Assembly: GCA_003483855.1 (NCBI GenBank) | Contig: DMXP01000005.1 | Coordinates: 29,202 to 93,201, forward strand | Source of the DNA: Candidatus Yonathbacteria bacterium | Lineage (GTDB): Bacteria; Patescibacteriota; Minisyncoccia; Phycocordibacterales; UBA1550 | DNA length: 64,000 nt | Reading direction: 5' to 3' | Part shown: positions 40,343-48,241 of the stretch, piece after piece | How the letters are laid out: each line of letters begins with the position of its first letter | Position numbering within the stretch: position 1 is the first letter of the stretch | The notes under the pieces: generated by a model | Database searches by the model: none | What the model saw: the letters and a program-made list of their open reading frames with translations, nothing else | Told to the model about the DNA's origin: nothing | Position numbers and translations under genes: made by a program

Positions 40343-41374
40343 TTAACTGTTGCGTGTTCCACGAATAGTGGAGTATATTTCAAGAAACGCAAAGAGAAGC
40401 GCGAGCGCGAGTGGTCCAAACAAAAATCCAATAGGTCCAAACAATCCTATCCCTCCTAAAATAGAAAGAAGAATTAGAAATGGATGAAGCTTCGCGCCCT
40501 TGCCTACAATCTTTGGCCCCAACACATTGTCCACCAAACCTACAGCAACAATCCCCCAAATGAGGAGTCCGACAGCCGCCACCTCCGCTCCTGTGAAAAA
40601 TAGAAATAAAATCGATGGGATAATAACGATAGATGTCCCAACACCAGGGATAAGGGCTGTTACAGCCGCCACACTACCCCAAAGGACAGAGTTTGGAACT
40701 CCAAAAATAGCGAGACCTATCGCCGTCAACACGCCCTGCACTAGCGCAACTGAAATACTCCCGCGCACCACAGAGTTGATAGCAAGTTCAAGCTTGCGAA
40801 AAATTGTTTCATCGTATACATCAGAAAGTGGGCTAAGCGCAACCACAGACTTCCTAAGCTCGTGTCCATCCTTGAACAAGTAATAAAGCGCGATAAAAAG
40901 AACGATAATGCTGACCATTATTTTCGCAACATTTGAAAAAACAGTGCCGAGGTGTTCTATTAGGAAGCTCAATCCCTGTTCCATGTACTGTTCAAAATCA
41001 AGAGACCCGACAGGAAGGAATGGTATACTCATTCCTCGCACTAGATTTTCTGTGGCTCTCAATAGTCCGCCTGCTCCACCATTATCTGTTAGAGACGAGT
41101 ATAGCGATGTTGCCTCCTGAAAAATTTGCGTGCTTAAAAATGTTACCGGCACGACAATCACAACAAGAACGAATGCGGTGGTTATGAGAGCGGAGATTCC
41201 ACGGCTCTCACGCAACGCTGATAAAATTCTTTTATGCACAGGAGAAAAAACCGTTGCAAAAATCACCCCTAAAATAAGCGTGTATAAAAACGGCTCAAAA
41301 ATAAAAAATGTGATAATAGACATCCCCACAAGAAGGGTGATGAGAAAGTATAGTTCTGATTTTTGGTAGCTCAT
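40343..41374 (-). CDS. AI-2E family (PerM/UPF0118) transporter
   Basis: 343 aa with eight TM helices and a typical AI-2E topology. Confidence 0.8.
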   Translation of the reverse strand: MSYQKSELYFLITLLVGMSIITFFIFEPFLYTLILGVIFATVFSPVHKRILSALRESRGISALITTAFVLVVIVVPVTFLSTQIFQEATSLYSSLTDNGGAGGLLRATENLVRGMSIPFLPVGSLDFEQYMEQGLSFLIEHLGTVFSNVAKIMVSIIVLFIALYYLFKDGHELRKSVVALSPLSDVYDETIFRKLELAINSVVRGSISVALVQGVLTAIGLAIFGVPNSVLWGSVAAVTALIPGVGTSIVIIPSILFLFFTGAEVAAVGLLIWGIVAVGLVDNVLGPKIVGKGAKLHPFLILLSILGGIGLFGPIGFLFGPLALALLFAFLEIYSTIRGTRNS

Positions 41375-41384
41375 ATGGACTCAA

Positions 41385-42359
41385 TTATATAGTTTTATTG
41401 GAAAGAACGCCATTTAATCTATTTTCCGCAACAGAACGCCAAAAGAAATAGCCGACAACAGTGATTGTAACCACTGGCGAAAACCATGCTGGAATGTGCG
41501 CCCCAAATGCCTCAAGAATCATCACAAATCCAAGGAAACCAATGGAGTACATTGCGCCATTCTTTAGATAACTGTAAGAGCGAATGCGCTCAACACCCAA
41601 AACTGTGAGTTGACGCACTACAATAGCGCCAATACCAGTACCAATAAGTATCATCGGCACTGACGTAGTGAACGCAAATGCTCCAACAACACCGTCAATA
41701 CTAAACACCGTGTCAAGAACCTCCAGAAAAAGCACCTTTGACCAGTCCGACATAGAACTGTGCTCGCCAGAAGCAATGATTCGCTCCTCAATAATTTGCG
41801 CATTGTCTTTAAACCCTTGTGTTATAAAAAAGATACTAAAACCGACAGCTGATGCAAGAGCAAGATGCATTGGGTTTTCCAAAATTGACTTATTTATTTC
41901 ATAAAGAACACCTACGAGTAGAAGCGCTGCTATTGAATAAAACCAAACCGCGCCATATTTTTGGACATACCATTCGTGCGGAAGCCCAAAGTTTTTGTCC
42001 TCCATAAAAAGCCAATGCGCCCAAAGAAGAATAAGAAACATCCCACCTGCTATCATAATTATCGGCGTTGCTTCAAGGACTGCGACAGAAACAGATGGAT
42101 CATTTTGCCAAATTACAGAAATAGCGCCAAAAAAACTTAGACCCGGAGTAGAGAGGTATACAATAATAGACGGCAAAACCCCGCGAACAACGAAGACTGC
42201 AAAAAGAATTCCCCACGTAAGGAAAAATCTCCTAGCTCGACGACTCTTCATTGTTGAAAGCACGTCCGCATTGACAACCGCGTTGTCAATACTCATCACT
42301 GTTTCAAAAATTACGAGCCCGAGAATTATGAGGAAAAGTTCAAACATTGCGTTTATCAT
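41385..42359 (-). CDS. TerC family integral membrane protein
   Basis: VMSIDNAVVNADVL... and a repeated TerC motif in the second half (FSIDGVVGAFAFT). Confidence 0.8.
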   Translation of the reverse strand: MINAMFELFLIILGLVIFETVMSIDNAVVNADVLSTMKSRRARRFFLTWGILFAVFVVRGVLPSIIVYLSTPGLSFFGAISVIWQNDPSVSVAVLEATPIIMIAGGMFLILLWAHWLFMEDKNFGLPHEWYVQKYGAVWFYSIAALLLVGVLYEINKSILENPMHLALASAVGFSIFFITQGFKDNAQIIEERIIASGEHSSMSDWSKVLFLEVLDTVFSIDGVVGAFAFTTSVPMILIGTGIGAIVVRQLTVLGVERIRSYSYLKNGAMYSIGFLGFVMILEAFGAHIPAWFSPVVTITVVGYFFWRSVAENRLNGVLSNKTI

Positions 42360-42415
42360 AACGCATAATTGAGCAAAAGAAAAACCTGGGTAATTTACAC
42401 CCAGGTTATAGTTTA

Positions 42416-42751
42416 TTACTGGAGCTGATGCCCATCTGGACAGAAGAGAATGATCTGATCCACAAAATTATCGAGGTCTGTAGGATTGCTTCCATACTCA
42501 ACCATTTCTTCTATCACCTCATCTAGATACGCAATGGTGAATGGTAGGAGCTCAAAATTAAACTCAACCACAAACTTTTTTCTTGAGGTAGAAAAGTTTT
42601 TAAAAAAATCCTTCTCAAAAACTGGGACTCGTGTGCCTTTTGTTTTCTCCTCCTCAATTACCAACTGCATTAATACTGAAAGCCGGTCTGACTCATTTGG
42701 TAAAAAAGAAAGCGTGGTCTTGCCATCACTCGGGTTAAATCTGACGTCCAT
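42416..42751 (-). CDS. hypothetical protein
   Basis: 111-aa ORF with no recognisable domain. Confidence 0.4.
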   Translation of the reverse strand: MDVRFNPSDGKTTLSFLPNESDRLSVLMQLVIEEEKTKGTRVPVFEKDFFKNFSTSRKKFVVEFNFELLPFTIAYLDEVIEEMVEYGSNPTDLDNFVDQIILFCPDGHQLQ

Positions 42752-42859
42752 ATCACACCTCCTTCATCTTCGCAAATTTAAGGAACAAAAAATGTGACCA
42801 GTGGCAACTACGTTTATTATAAAGCGATTAGAATATTTGAGCAAGGAGCCCGCCTCCGC

Positions 42860-43198
42860 CTTTCGATTCTCCTCGGAGTCACACAATAGCAAAAGATGTC
42901 CCGAGGCTCTCGGTCACGGGTTACTAATTAATTTTTGGATAGCCTCGTCGTGTACGACAGGTCTAAGACTAGCGTGTGGTCAACACGTAAGTAATTTTGC
43001 TAAATCAAAGTCACTAAGTCTACTCGTGTGTCGCGTTTCAATCGACACTACGCGACGCGATTTTGCAAAATCGACACTGCGTGGACGTAAGTGCTCGCGA
43101 CCCCAGAGTCCAAGATTAGGGCCAAGCCCCGAATTTGTTAATTCGAAATCTGCAGATTCGTCGTGGTTTTGCGTGCTCGCAAAACATCACTGCGCTTT
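42860..43198. repeat. mosaic noncoding repeats next to tRNA-Ala, including a 45-bp segment repeated at 57660-57704
   Basis: 43116-43160 ttagggccaagccccgaatttgttaattcgaaatctgcagattcg is near-identical to 57660-57704. An inverted partial copy of the tRNA-Ala T-arm (ttcgattctcctcgg) lies at 42866-42880. aatcgacact is duplicated. Confidence 0.45.
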
Positions 43199-43239
43199 CC
43201 ACAAACTAAAAACCTGCCGCAGGGCAGGTTTTTAGTTTG
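43199..43239 (-). terminator. long hairpin terminator immediately after tRNA-Ala
   Basis: ccacaaactaaaaacctgcc-gcag-ggcaggtttttagtttgtgg, a 20-bp stem with U-runs on both strands. Confidence 0.5.
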
Positions 43240-43313
43240 TGGACCCGAGGAGAATCGAACTCCTTACCTCCGGAGTGCAAAACCGGCGCTCTAGCCAGGT
43301 GAGCTACGGGCCC
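43240..43313 (-). tRNA. tRNA-Ala (anticodon TGC)
   Basis: Cloverleaf GGGCCCG-TA-GCTC...GAGC-G-CCGGT-TTTGCAC-TCCGG-AGGTA-AGGAG-TTCGATT-CTCCT-CGGGTCC-A. The G3:U70 identity pair is present. Confidence 0.9.
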
Positions 43314-43348
43314 AGATATCAAAACACTACTTTAGCAAACTACCTAGA

Positions 43349-43430
43349 TTTTTACAGCGCCGGTTTTGAAACCGGCGACTATTATTCCTCTCGGCAGAGC
43401 CTCGTGGCCAGGTGAGCTACGGGCACATTC
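43349..43430 (-). other. degenerate partial copy of tRNA-Ala (5-prime half) plus perfect hairpin
   Basis: gccaggtgagctacgggc (43399-43416) duplicates tRNA-Ala 43296-43313. gcgccggttttgaaaccggcgac mimics the anticodon arm as a perfect hairpin. The rest cannot fold as a tRNA. Confidence 0.35.
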
Positions 43431-43533
43431 ACCACATTTAACAATTAACTTGTGACATGTGACAAATTCAAACCCATTTGTGCGGGTCAATTGTCAATTA
43501 TTCTTAGTTAAATGTTATCCCGTCTATAATACC

Positions 43534-44499
43534 TTATTTTTTCCTTAATGCAAGGGTGAGCACATAGTCAACAAATTCTGGAAGGGTGAGCCCACTCTGC
43601 GAGAGTGATTTCATGAGGAGCGATGTATCGGTAAGTCCGGGGAGTGTGTTTACTTCTAAAAGGTACGGCCCTTCTTCTGTCAAAATAAAATCGTATCTCG
43701 CATAATGTCGCGCGCCAAGGTGGGCGTGAGCGCGGAGTGCATCTTCCTCAAGGGCTCTGCGTTCAGCGTCGCTCATGCGCGCGGGTCCTACTGGATGCGT
43801 CAGATTCCTATATTTTTGATCATAGTCAAAAAGCTTCCCATCTGGTAAAAGAATCTCAAGAGCGGGAGTTGCGTATGAACCAACCCCTTCTGATGAATCT
43901 ACGACACCAACTGTAACCTCGCGCCCTCGCACGTACTCCTCAATCATTGCCTTCTCCGAGTATGCGAGAGCGCGCTCTATCGCGGACACAAGTTCGCGGT
44001 CTGTATGCGCGAGAGAGAGGCCTACTGACGAACCTCCCGAAAGTGGCTTCACCACATACGGCGCCTTTATCTCAGATCCGACACGCGCCACGACCTCGCT
44101 CACCTCCTCGCCTCTGGAAACAACGAGCCCACGTGGCACCTTGATGCCGACAGCAGAAAAGTATTTCTTCGCGAGATCTTTGTTCATACCAATAGCAGAA
44201 GGCATCGCTGTGGAACCAGTGTACGGAATATTAAAAAGCTCAAGAATTTTTTGCACTTTTCCGTCCTCACCAAACTCACCATGAAGAGCGTTGAAAACAA
44301 TATCAACGTGTTGAGCAAGTTTCGCCGGGCTCGTTGGTCTGCCGTCTATGTGCCACTCGCCAGCGTTTGTGATAAGTATATCGTGTGCTTCATATTTGTC
44401 CGAAGGAAGCGCTGAGAGCACGTTTCCACCAGTACGAAGAGAAACATGGTATTCGCTACCAAGCCCCCCGCGCATAACACCGACCCGAAGTTTGTTCAT
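43534..44499 (-). CDS. ddl: D-alanine--D-alanine ligase
   Basis: MNKLRVGVMRGGLGSEYHVSLRTG...ATP-grasp motifs...EVNTLPGLT. Start trimmed to MNKLRV. Confidence 0.9.
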   Translation of the reverse strand: MNKLRVGVMRGGLGSEYHVSLRTGGNVLSALPSDKYEAHDILITNAGEWHIDGRPTSPAKLAQHVDIVFNALHGEFGEDGKVQKILELFNIPYTGSTAMPSAIGMNKDLAKKYFSAVGIKVPRGLVVSRGEEVSEVVARVGSEIKAPYVVKPLSGGSSVGLSLAHTDRELVSAIERALAYSEKAMIEEYVRGREVTVGVVDSSEGVGSYATPALEILLPDGKLFDYDQKYRNLTHPVGPARMSDAERRALEEDALRAHAHLGARHYARYDFILTEEGPYLLEVNTLPGLTDTSLLMKSLSQSGLTLPEFVDYVLTLALRKK

Positions 44500-44591
44500 A
44501 CAGACAGTATACAAGAGGTGTGTCACTTGCGAAAGTGCCACATTGATTTTAGTGCTGTTTCTGATAGTATGAGCAAGTATTTATATTGATT

Positions 44592-44672
44592 GCCGGAATG
44601 GTGGAATGGTATACACGTGCGACTCAAAATCGCATGCCGCAAGGCTTGTGGGTTCAAGTCCCACTTCCGGCA
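44592..44672 (+). tRNA. tRNA-Leu (anticodon CAA)
   Basis: GCCGGAA-TG-GTG...CAC-G-TGCGA-CTCAAAA-TCGCA, a 13-nt variable arm, GTGGG-TTCAAGT-CCCAC-TTCCGGC-A. Confidence 0.9.
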
Positions 44673-44684
44673 CAAAGCGTAAAA

Positions 44685-44708
44685 AAACCTGCACTGCTGC
44701 AGGTTTTT
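44685..44708 (+). terminator. rho-independent terminator after tRNA-Leu(CAA)
   Basis: aaacctgca-ctgc-tgcaggttt followed by tt. Confidence 0.6.
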
Positions 44709-44930
44709 AGCTTTGTGCGGGCGGAGTGATGTTCCGCGACCACGCGGAACCGCGAGCCGGGGGCGGCAAGTACTTACGGCTATGAGAGCGTATCCGCTTG
44801 AAGAGACTTAGTAACTTATGCTCACACAGACTCAGTCGGGCTTTGCCCGTCCTTACCTTTCCCTTCGTGACCGACCCTCTCTCGGCACAAGCAAAGCGGG
44901 TGTGACCGAAGGTCGCACCCGCTTTTACTT
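44709..44930 (+). repeat. ~220-nt structured noncoding segment ending in a terminator; member of the tRNA-flanking mosaic repeat family
   Basis: Contains cgcgaccacgcggaacc, gcgagccggggg, gtacttacgg and gagacttagtaac, shared with 46531-46610 and 57300-57660. The 5-prime gctttgtgcgggcgg pairs with the 3-prime cggcacaagcaaagc. It ends with gcgggtgtgacc-gaag-gtcgcacccgc then tttt. Confidence 0.35.
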
Positions 44931-44961
44931 AAATTGTCAGTTGTCAAATGTTCCTCCCAAT

Positions 44962-45582
44962 TTATATCTTCCCCACCAAGTCCAATCCCGGCTTCAATGT
45001 GTCATCACCTGGCTCCCAGCTTGCTGGACAGACATTGCCACCATGCTCACGAACAAATTTTGCCGCCTGCAGTTTACGTACGAGCTCCTTTGCGCTTCGC
45101 CCTACGCTGTTATCGTTTACTTCCACTATACGAAGAATACCATCTGGATCAACCACAAATGTTCCGCGAAGCGAAAGTCCTTCTTCGGGAATGTATGTGC
45201 CAAACATATGGCAAAGTTCACGACGAGTATCAGAAATCATTGGGAACTTTATTTTCTTGATAGCTTCCGAAGTGTCGTGCCACGCCTTATGAACAAAAAC
45301 AGTATCTGTTGAAACTGAAAGCACTTCCCCGCCAAGTTTTTGAATCTCCGCATAGTTGTCCGCCATCTCCTCAAGCTCTGTTGGGCAAACAAACGTAAAG
45401 TCAGCTGGATAGAAAAAGAGAATGAGCCACTTTCCGCGATAATCAGAAAGTTTAATCTTTTTTACTTCTTCATTGTGAAATGCTTCCACCAGAGCGTCTG
45501 GAATTTCGTGTCCTATTTCCGCAAACATTAGCATATCTACCGAACATCCTCCACAACACTCATTCATATCTTTATGTTTCAT
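44962..45582 (-). CDS. peroxiredoxin (AhpC/TSA family)
   Basis: WLILFFYPADFTFVCPTE carries the peroxidatic Cys. There is a Cys-rich N-terminal 16 aa (MKHKDMNECCGGCSVD). The start could instead be the Met at ~45534. Confidence 0.85.
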   Translation of the reverse strand: MKHKDMNECCGGCSVDMLMFAEIGHEIPDALVEAFHNEEVKKIKLSDYRGKWLILFFYPADFTFVCPTELEEMADNYAEIQKLGGEVLSVSTDTVFVHKAWHDTSEAIKKIKFPMISDTRRELCHMFGTYIPEEGLSLRGTFVVDPDGILRIVEVNDNSVGRSAKELVRKLQAAKFVREHGGNVCPASWEPGDDTLKPGLDLVGKI

Positions 45583-45625
45583 GGTAGTAATTTATTGTTT
45601 ATTGATATATAAGTAATATACCAAA

Positions 45626-46528
45626 ATGGCACCAAAACAGAAAGATAGGATAATCGCTGTTGTCGGTCCAACAGCCTCAGGCAAGAGCGCTCTTGCTGTA
45701 GAGATTGCTCGCCTTGTTAACGGCGAGATTATTTCGGCTGATTCACGACAGGTTTACACTGGGCTTGATATCGGCACAGGCAAGGTCACGAAACGAGAGA
45801 TGCTTGGTGTGCCCCACCACATGCTTGATGTCATAAATCCTAAACGAACAATGTCGGTCGTACAGTACGAACGCCTCGCCACACGAGAAATAGAAGATAT
45901 TTTGAAGAGAGGAATAACCCCCATCATTTGCGGAGGCACGGGGCAATACGTTGACGCAGTACTTACCACTGCTTCATTCCCTGAGGTTCCACCAAATGCA
46001 AAACTCAGGAAAAAATTGGAGAAACTTTCGGCTGAAAAACTTTTTAAAAAATTGCAGAAAATGGATCCTGCGCGGGCAAAAACAATTGATGCAAAAAATC
46101 CACGACGGCTCATTCGCGCAATTGAAATTGCAGAAGTGCTCGGTAGTGTGCCATCGCGCGAGCCTGCGACCGAGCGCTATGACACTCTTTACATAGGACT
46201 CGCGCTTCCAAAAGAAGAACTGTCAGAACGCATCCACAAGCGCCTCGTGGCACGTATGCGCCAAGGCATACTAGCCGAAGCGAAGCGTTTGCACGAGAAA
46301 GGTCTCTCCTGGAAGCGCATGAAGGCACTTGGACTTGAGTATCGCTTCCTTGCGCAATTTTTGCAAAATAAAATCTCAAAAGAGGAATTGCTTGATTTGC
46401 TTGAAATTGCAATTCGTCAGTACTCAAAACGCCAGATAGTTTGGTTTAAGAGGAATGAGAAGATTAAGTGGTTTGAGCCAAGTGAGTCTAAAAAGGTTTT
46501 GTCAGTTGTAGTAAAATTTTTGAAATAG
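45626..46528 (+). CDS. miaA: tRNA dimethylallyltransferase
   Basis: IIAVVGPTASGKSALAVEIARLVNGEIISADSRQVYTGLDIGTGK. Confidence 0.9.
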   Translation: MAPKQKDRIIAVVGPTASGKSALAVEIARLVNGEIISADSRQVYTGLDIGTGKVTKREMLGVPHHMLDVINPKRTMSVVQYERLATREIEDILKRGITPIICGGTGQYVDAVLTTASFPEVPPNAKLRKKLEKLSAEKLFKKLQKMDPARAKTIDAKNPRRLIRAIEIAEVLGSVPSREPATERYDTLYIGLALPKEELSERIHKRLVARMRQGILAEAKRLHEKGLSWKRMKALGLEYRFLAQFLQNKISKEELLDLLEIAIRQYSKRQIVWFKRNEKIKWFEPSESKKVLSVVVKFLK

Positions 46529-46530
46529 AA

Positions 46531-46803
46531 GCGGGCCCACGAGTCCGCGGTCCCGAGTTACTAAGTATTTTTCCACACTTCGTGTTCAAAAATCCTAAGT
46601 GTTCGCGACCACGCCTCGGCGACCCAGTGAGTACACTGTGTGCTCCCGATTTCTTAGGTTGTACTCAACCTCTTGAAATCGCAGTGCCCTAGATTTATCG
46701 TGGCCCCGCCTGCGGTTTTCGAGTCCTCGTGGGCCTAGCAGTAACAACAAACCCCAAACACTGTCGTGTTTGGGGTTTGTTACTGCGGGCCCACGAGGAC
46801 TCG
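46531..46803. repeat. noncoding repeat region containing an 84-bp near-perfect palindrome (46720-46803) that incorporates the tRNA-Trp 3-prime end
   Basis: cgagtcctcgtgggcc-tagca-gtaacaacaaaccccaaacac-tgtc-gtgtttggggtttgttac-tgc-gggcccacgaggactcg. A third degenerate copy gcgggcccacgagtccgcgg lies at 46531-46550. ccgagttactaagtat and gttcgcgaccacgc are shared with other tRNA-flanking regions. Confidence 0.45.
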
Positions 46804-46856
46804 AACCTCGGTCTGCGCGTTTGGAGTGCGATATTCTACCACTGAACTATAGGCCC
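46786..46856 (-). tRNA. tRNA-Trp (anticodon CCA), with an unusually weak anticodon stem
   Basis: GGGCCTA-TA-GTTC-AGTGGTA-GAAT-A-TCGCA-CTCCAAA-CGCGC-AGAC-CGAGG-TTCGAGT-CCTCG-TGGGCCC-G. It sits directly downstream of rpmG, the classic rpmG-tRNA-Trp position. Only 3 Watson-Crick pairs in the anticodon stem. Confidence 0.6.
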
Positions 46857-46931
46857 TATAGCTACTGCCTTACAAATCGGAGTATATCAAAATACTCATG
46901 AAAAGAAAAACCCGGCATTGCCGAGTTTTTT

Positions 46932-47090
46932 CTACTTCTTTGCTTCCTTGTGAGAAGTATGAGCGCGACAAGAATTGCAGTATTTGTCTAGCTCAATTTT
47001 ACGCTCAACAAGCTTCTTGTTCTTGCGAGTCCAATAGTTTATGCGCTTGCACTTCTTGCAGGCGAGTTTGATAAGTTGGTCTTGTGACAT
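46932..47090 (-). CDS. rpmG: 50S ribosomal protein L33
   Basis: 52-aa ORF below the ORF-track cutoff: MSQDQLIKLACKKCKRINYWTRKNKKLVERKIELDKYCNSCRAHTSHKEAKK. It has the Cys4 zinc ribbon and typical L33 length. Confidence 0.85.
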   Translation of the reverse strand: MSQDQLIKLACKKCKRINYWTRKNKKLVERKIELDKYCNSCRAHTSHKEAKK

Positions 47091-47138
47091 AATTTTCCTA
47101 TCCTACTACACTCAGCACAAAAAGGCAAGAAAACTGCT

Positions 47139-47172
47139 ATTTAAAAAAGACGGGTGATAATATCACCCGTCT
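47139..47172 (-). terminator. rho-independent terminator after the HDOD gene
   Basis: aagacgggtgat-aat-atcacccgtctt, a perfect 12-bp stem. The minus strand continues with TTTTTTAAAT. Confidence 0.55.
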
Positions 47173-47195
47173 TAACTATTTATTATCATTTACTA

Positions 47196-47840
47196 TCATG
47201 CGCATTTATCAGAATACGTATCGATGTTTGCGCAAGCAATCATCTTTGCATCATACCATGACGTGTAAAGATATCCTGCTTCAAAAGGTTTGGTTCCTTT
47301 TTCAAAACCGTTTATGAGCTCTTTCACCTGATCAATAGTTGATATTCCTTCCATTTGAATACCATGCGCATATGAAGAACTAAAGTAGTCCCTGAGCTCG
47401 TCGTTACATTCGTAAAGTATCGATTCGTCCTCCTCTATGAGTGGTGCGATAAGACCTGCCAAAAAATGTTCTGGGGCTTTTTTCTTTCCAAATATTTGCT
47501 CAGCGAGCGACGCGTACACTGATGCAAGAATGTAACAATCTATTGCATGATTCAATATCTTGCGCTCCTCGTGCAGTGGCGCATATTCAACACGATTAAT
47601 TTCATACTCAACCTTACTGAATCCAAGTATATTTATGATACCATGGACACTCGTAGGTCTTCTGAATGAACCGTGACATATACACATATGATTTGTCATG
47701 CGCAAGAGTCTCACAACAAGGTAAGGTTGAAAGACCAAAAGTTTTGCAATGTCTCCAAACGAAGAATCCTTGTTTGCAAGCAAGTTAGAGAATTTCTTGA
47801 TGAACCCTTGTGTCACATACACCTTTTCAAATTCTTCCAT
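47196..47840 (-). CDS. HDOD-domain (HD-related output domain) signalling protein
   Basis: FGDIAKLLVFQPYLVVRLLRMTNHMCICHGSFRRPTSVHGIINILGFSKVEYEINRV fits the HDOD pattern. Start trimmed to MEEFEKVY. Confidence 0.65.
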   Translation of the reverse strand: MEEFEKVYVTQGFIKKFSNLLANKDSSFGDIAKLLVFQPYLVVRLLRMTNHMCICHGSFRRPTSVHGIINILGFSKVEYEINRVEYAPLHEERKILNHAIDCYILASVYASLAEQIFGKKKAPEHFLAGLIAPLIEEDESILYECNDELRDYFSSSYAHGIQMEGISTIDQVKELINGFEKGTKPFEAGYLYTSWYDAKMIACANIDTYSDKCA

Positions 47841-48042
47841 TCTACCCTCCTGTGTATTATTTTGTGATGTAAATGTACTGGTGCACATAATATCATAAAA
47901 TATGGGATTATGTCAAATAGCAATTTTTTAGAATTAAAAATCTAGTAGAACCTTTAACGGATTCATAATTTTGTACACCTGTAAATTAGCAAATTTTAAT
48001 CTTGGCAAAAGGATTCTCTTTTTCGAATCCTTCCCAACACTA

Positions 48043-48079
48043 CAAAAGCCAAAAGCCTCCAACTCTCTCGAGTTGAGGG
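48043..48079 (-). terminator. terminator after tRNA-Tyr
   Basis: cctccaactc-tctc-gagttgagg hairpin. The minus strand continues with cttttggcttttg. Confidence 0.5.
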
Positions 48080-48090
48080 CTAGGTTTTTG

Positions 48091-48173
48091 TGCGCCGGGA
48101 AAGATTCGAACTTTCGAAGACCGAAGTCAGGAGATTTACAGTCTCCCCTCGTTGACCACTTGAGTACCGACGC
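48091..48173 (-). tRNA. tRNA-Tyr (anticodon GTA)
   Basis: GCGTCGG...GGAGA-CTGTAAA-TCTCC, a long variable arm TGACTTCGGTC, TTCGA-AAGTTCGAATC, CCGGCGC-A. Confidence 0.88.
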
Positions 48174-48241
48174 ATTTTAACAAGCGCTTTTAAAGCGTTT
48201 GTTAACTCTATCACTTTTTTTCTCTCACTTCAACCTCATTT

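Noticed and set aside
42801-43235. 144-aa plus-strand ORF spanning the region next to tRNA-Ala
   Set aside because: It runs straight through the mosaic repeat and hairpin region and a terminator stem. It has low-complexity Ser/Arg-rich translation and no RBS. It is better explained as noncoding repeat DNA.
44709-44930. Assignment of the structured segment to SRP RNA, RNase P RNA, tmRNA or 6S RNA
   Set aside because: None of the family signature sequences (GGAAGGAAGCAGC; GGAAAGUCCGGGCUCC; tmRNA tag ORF and T-arm) are present. The segment shares motifs with other tRNA-flanking repeats, so it is reported only as an unassigned repeat or ncRNA candidate.
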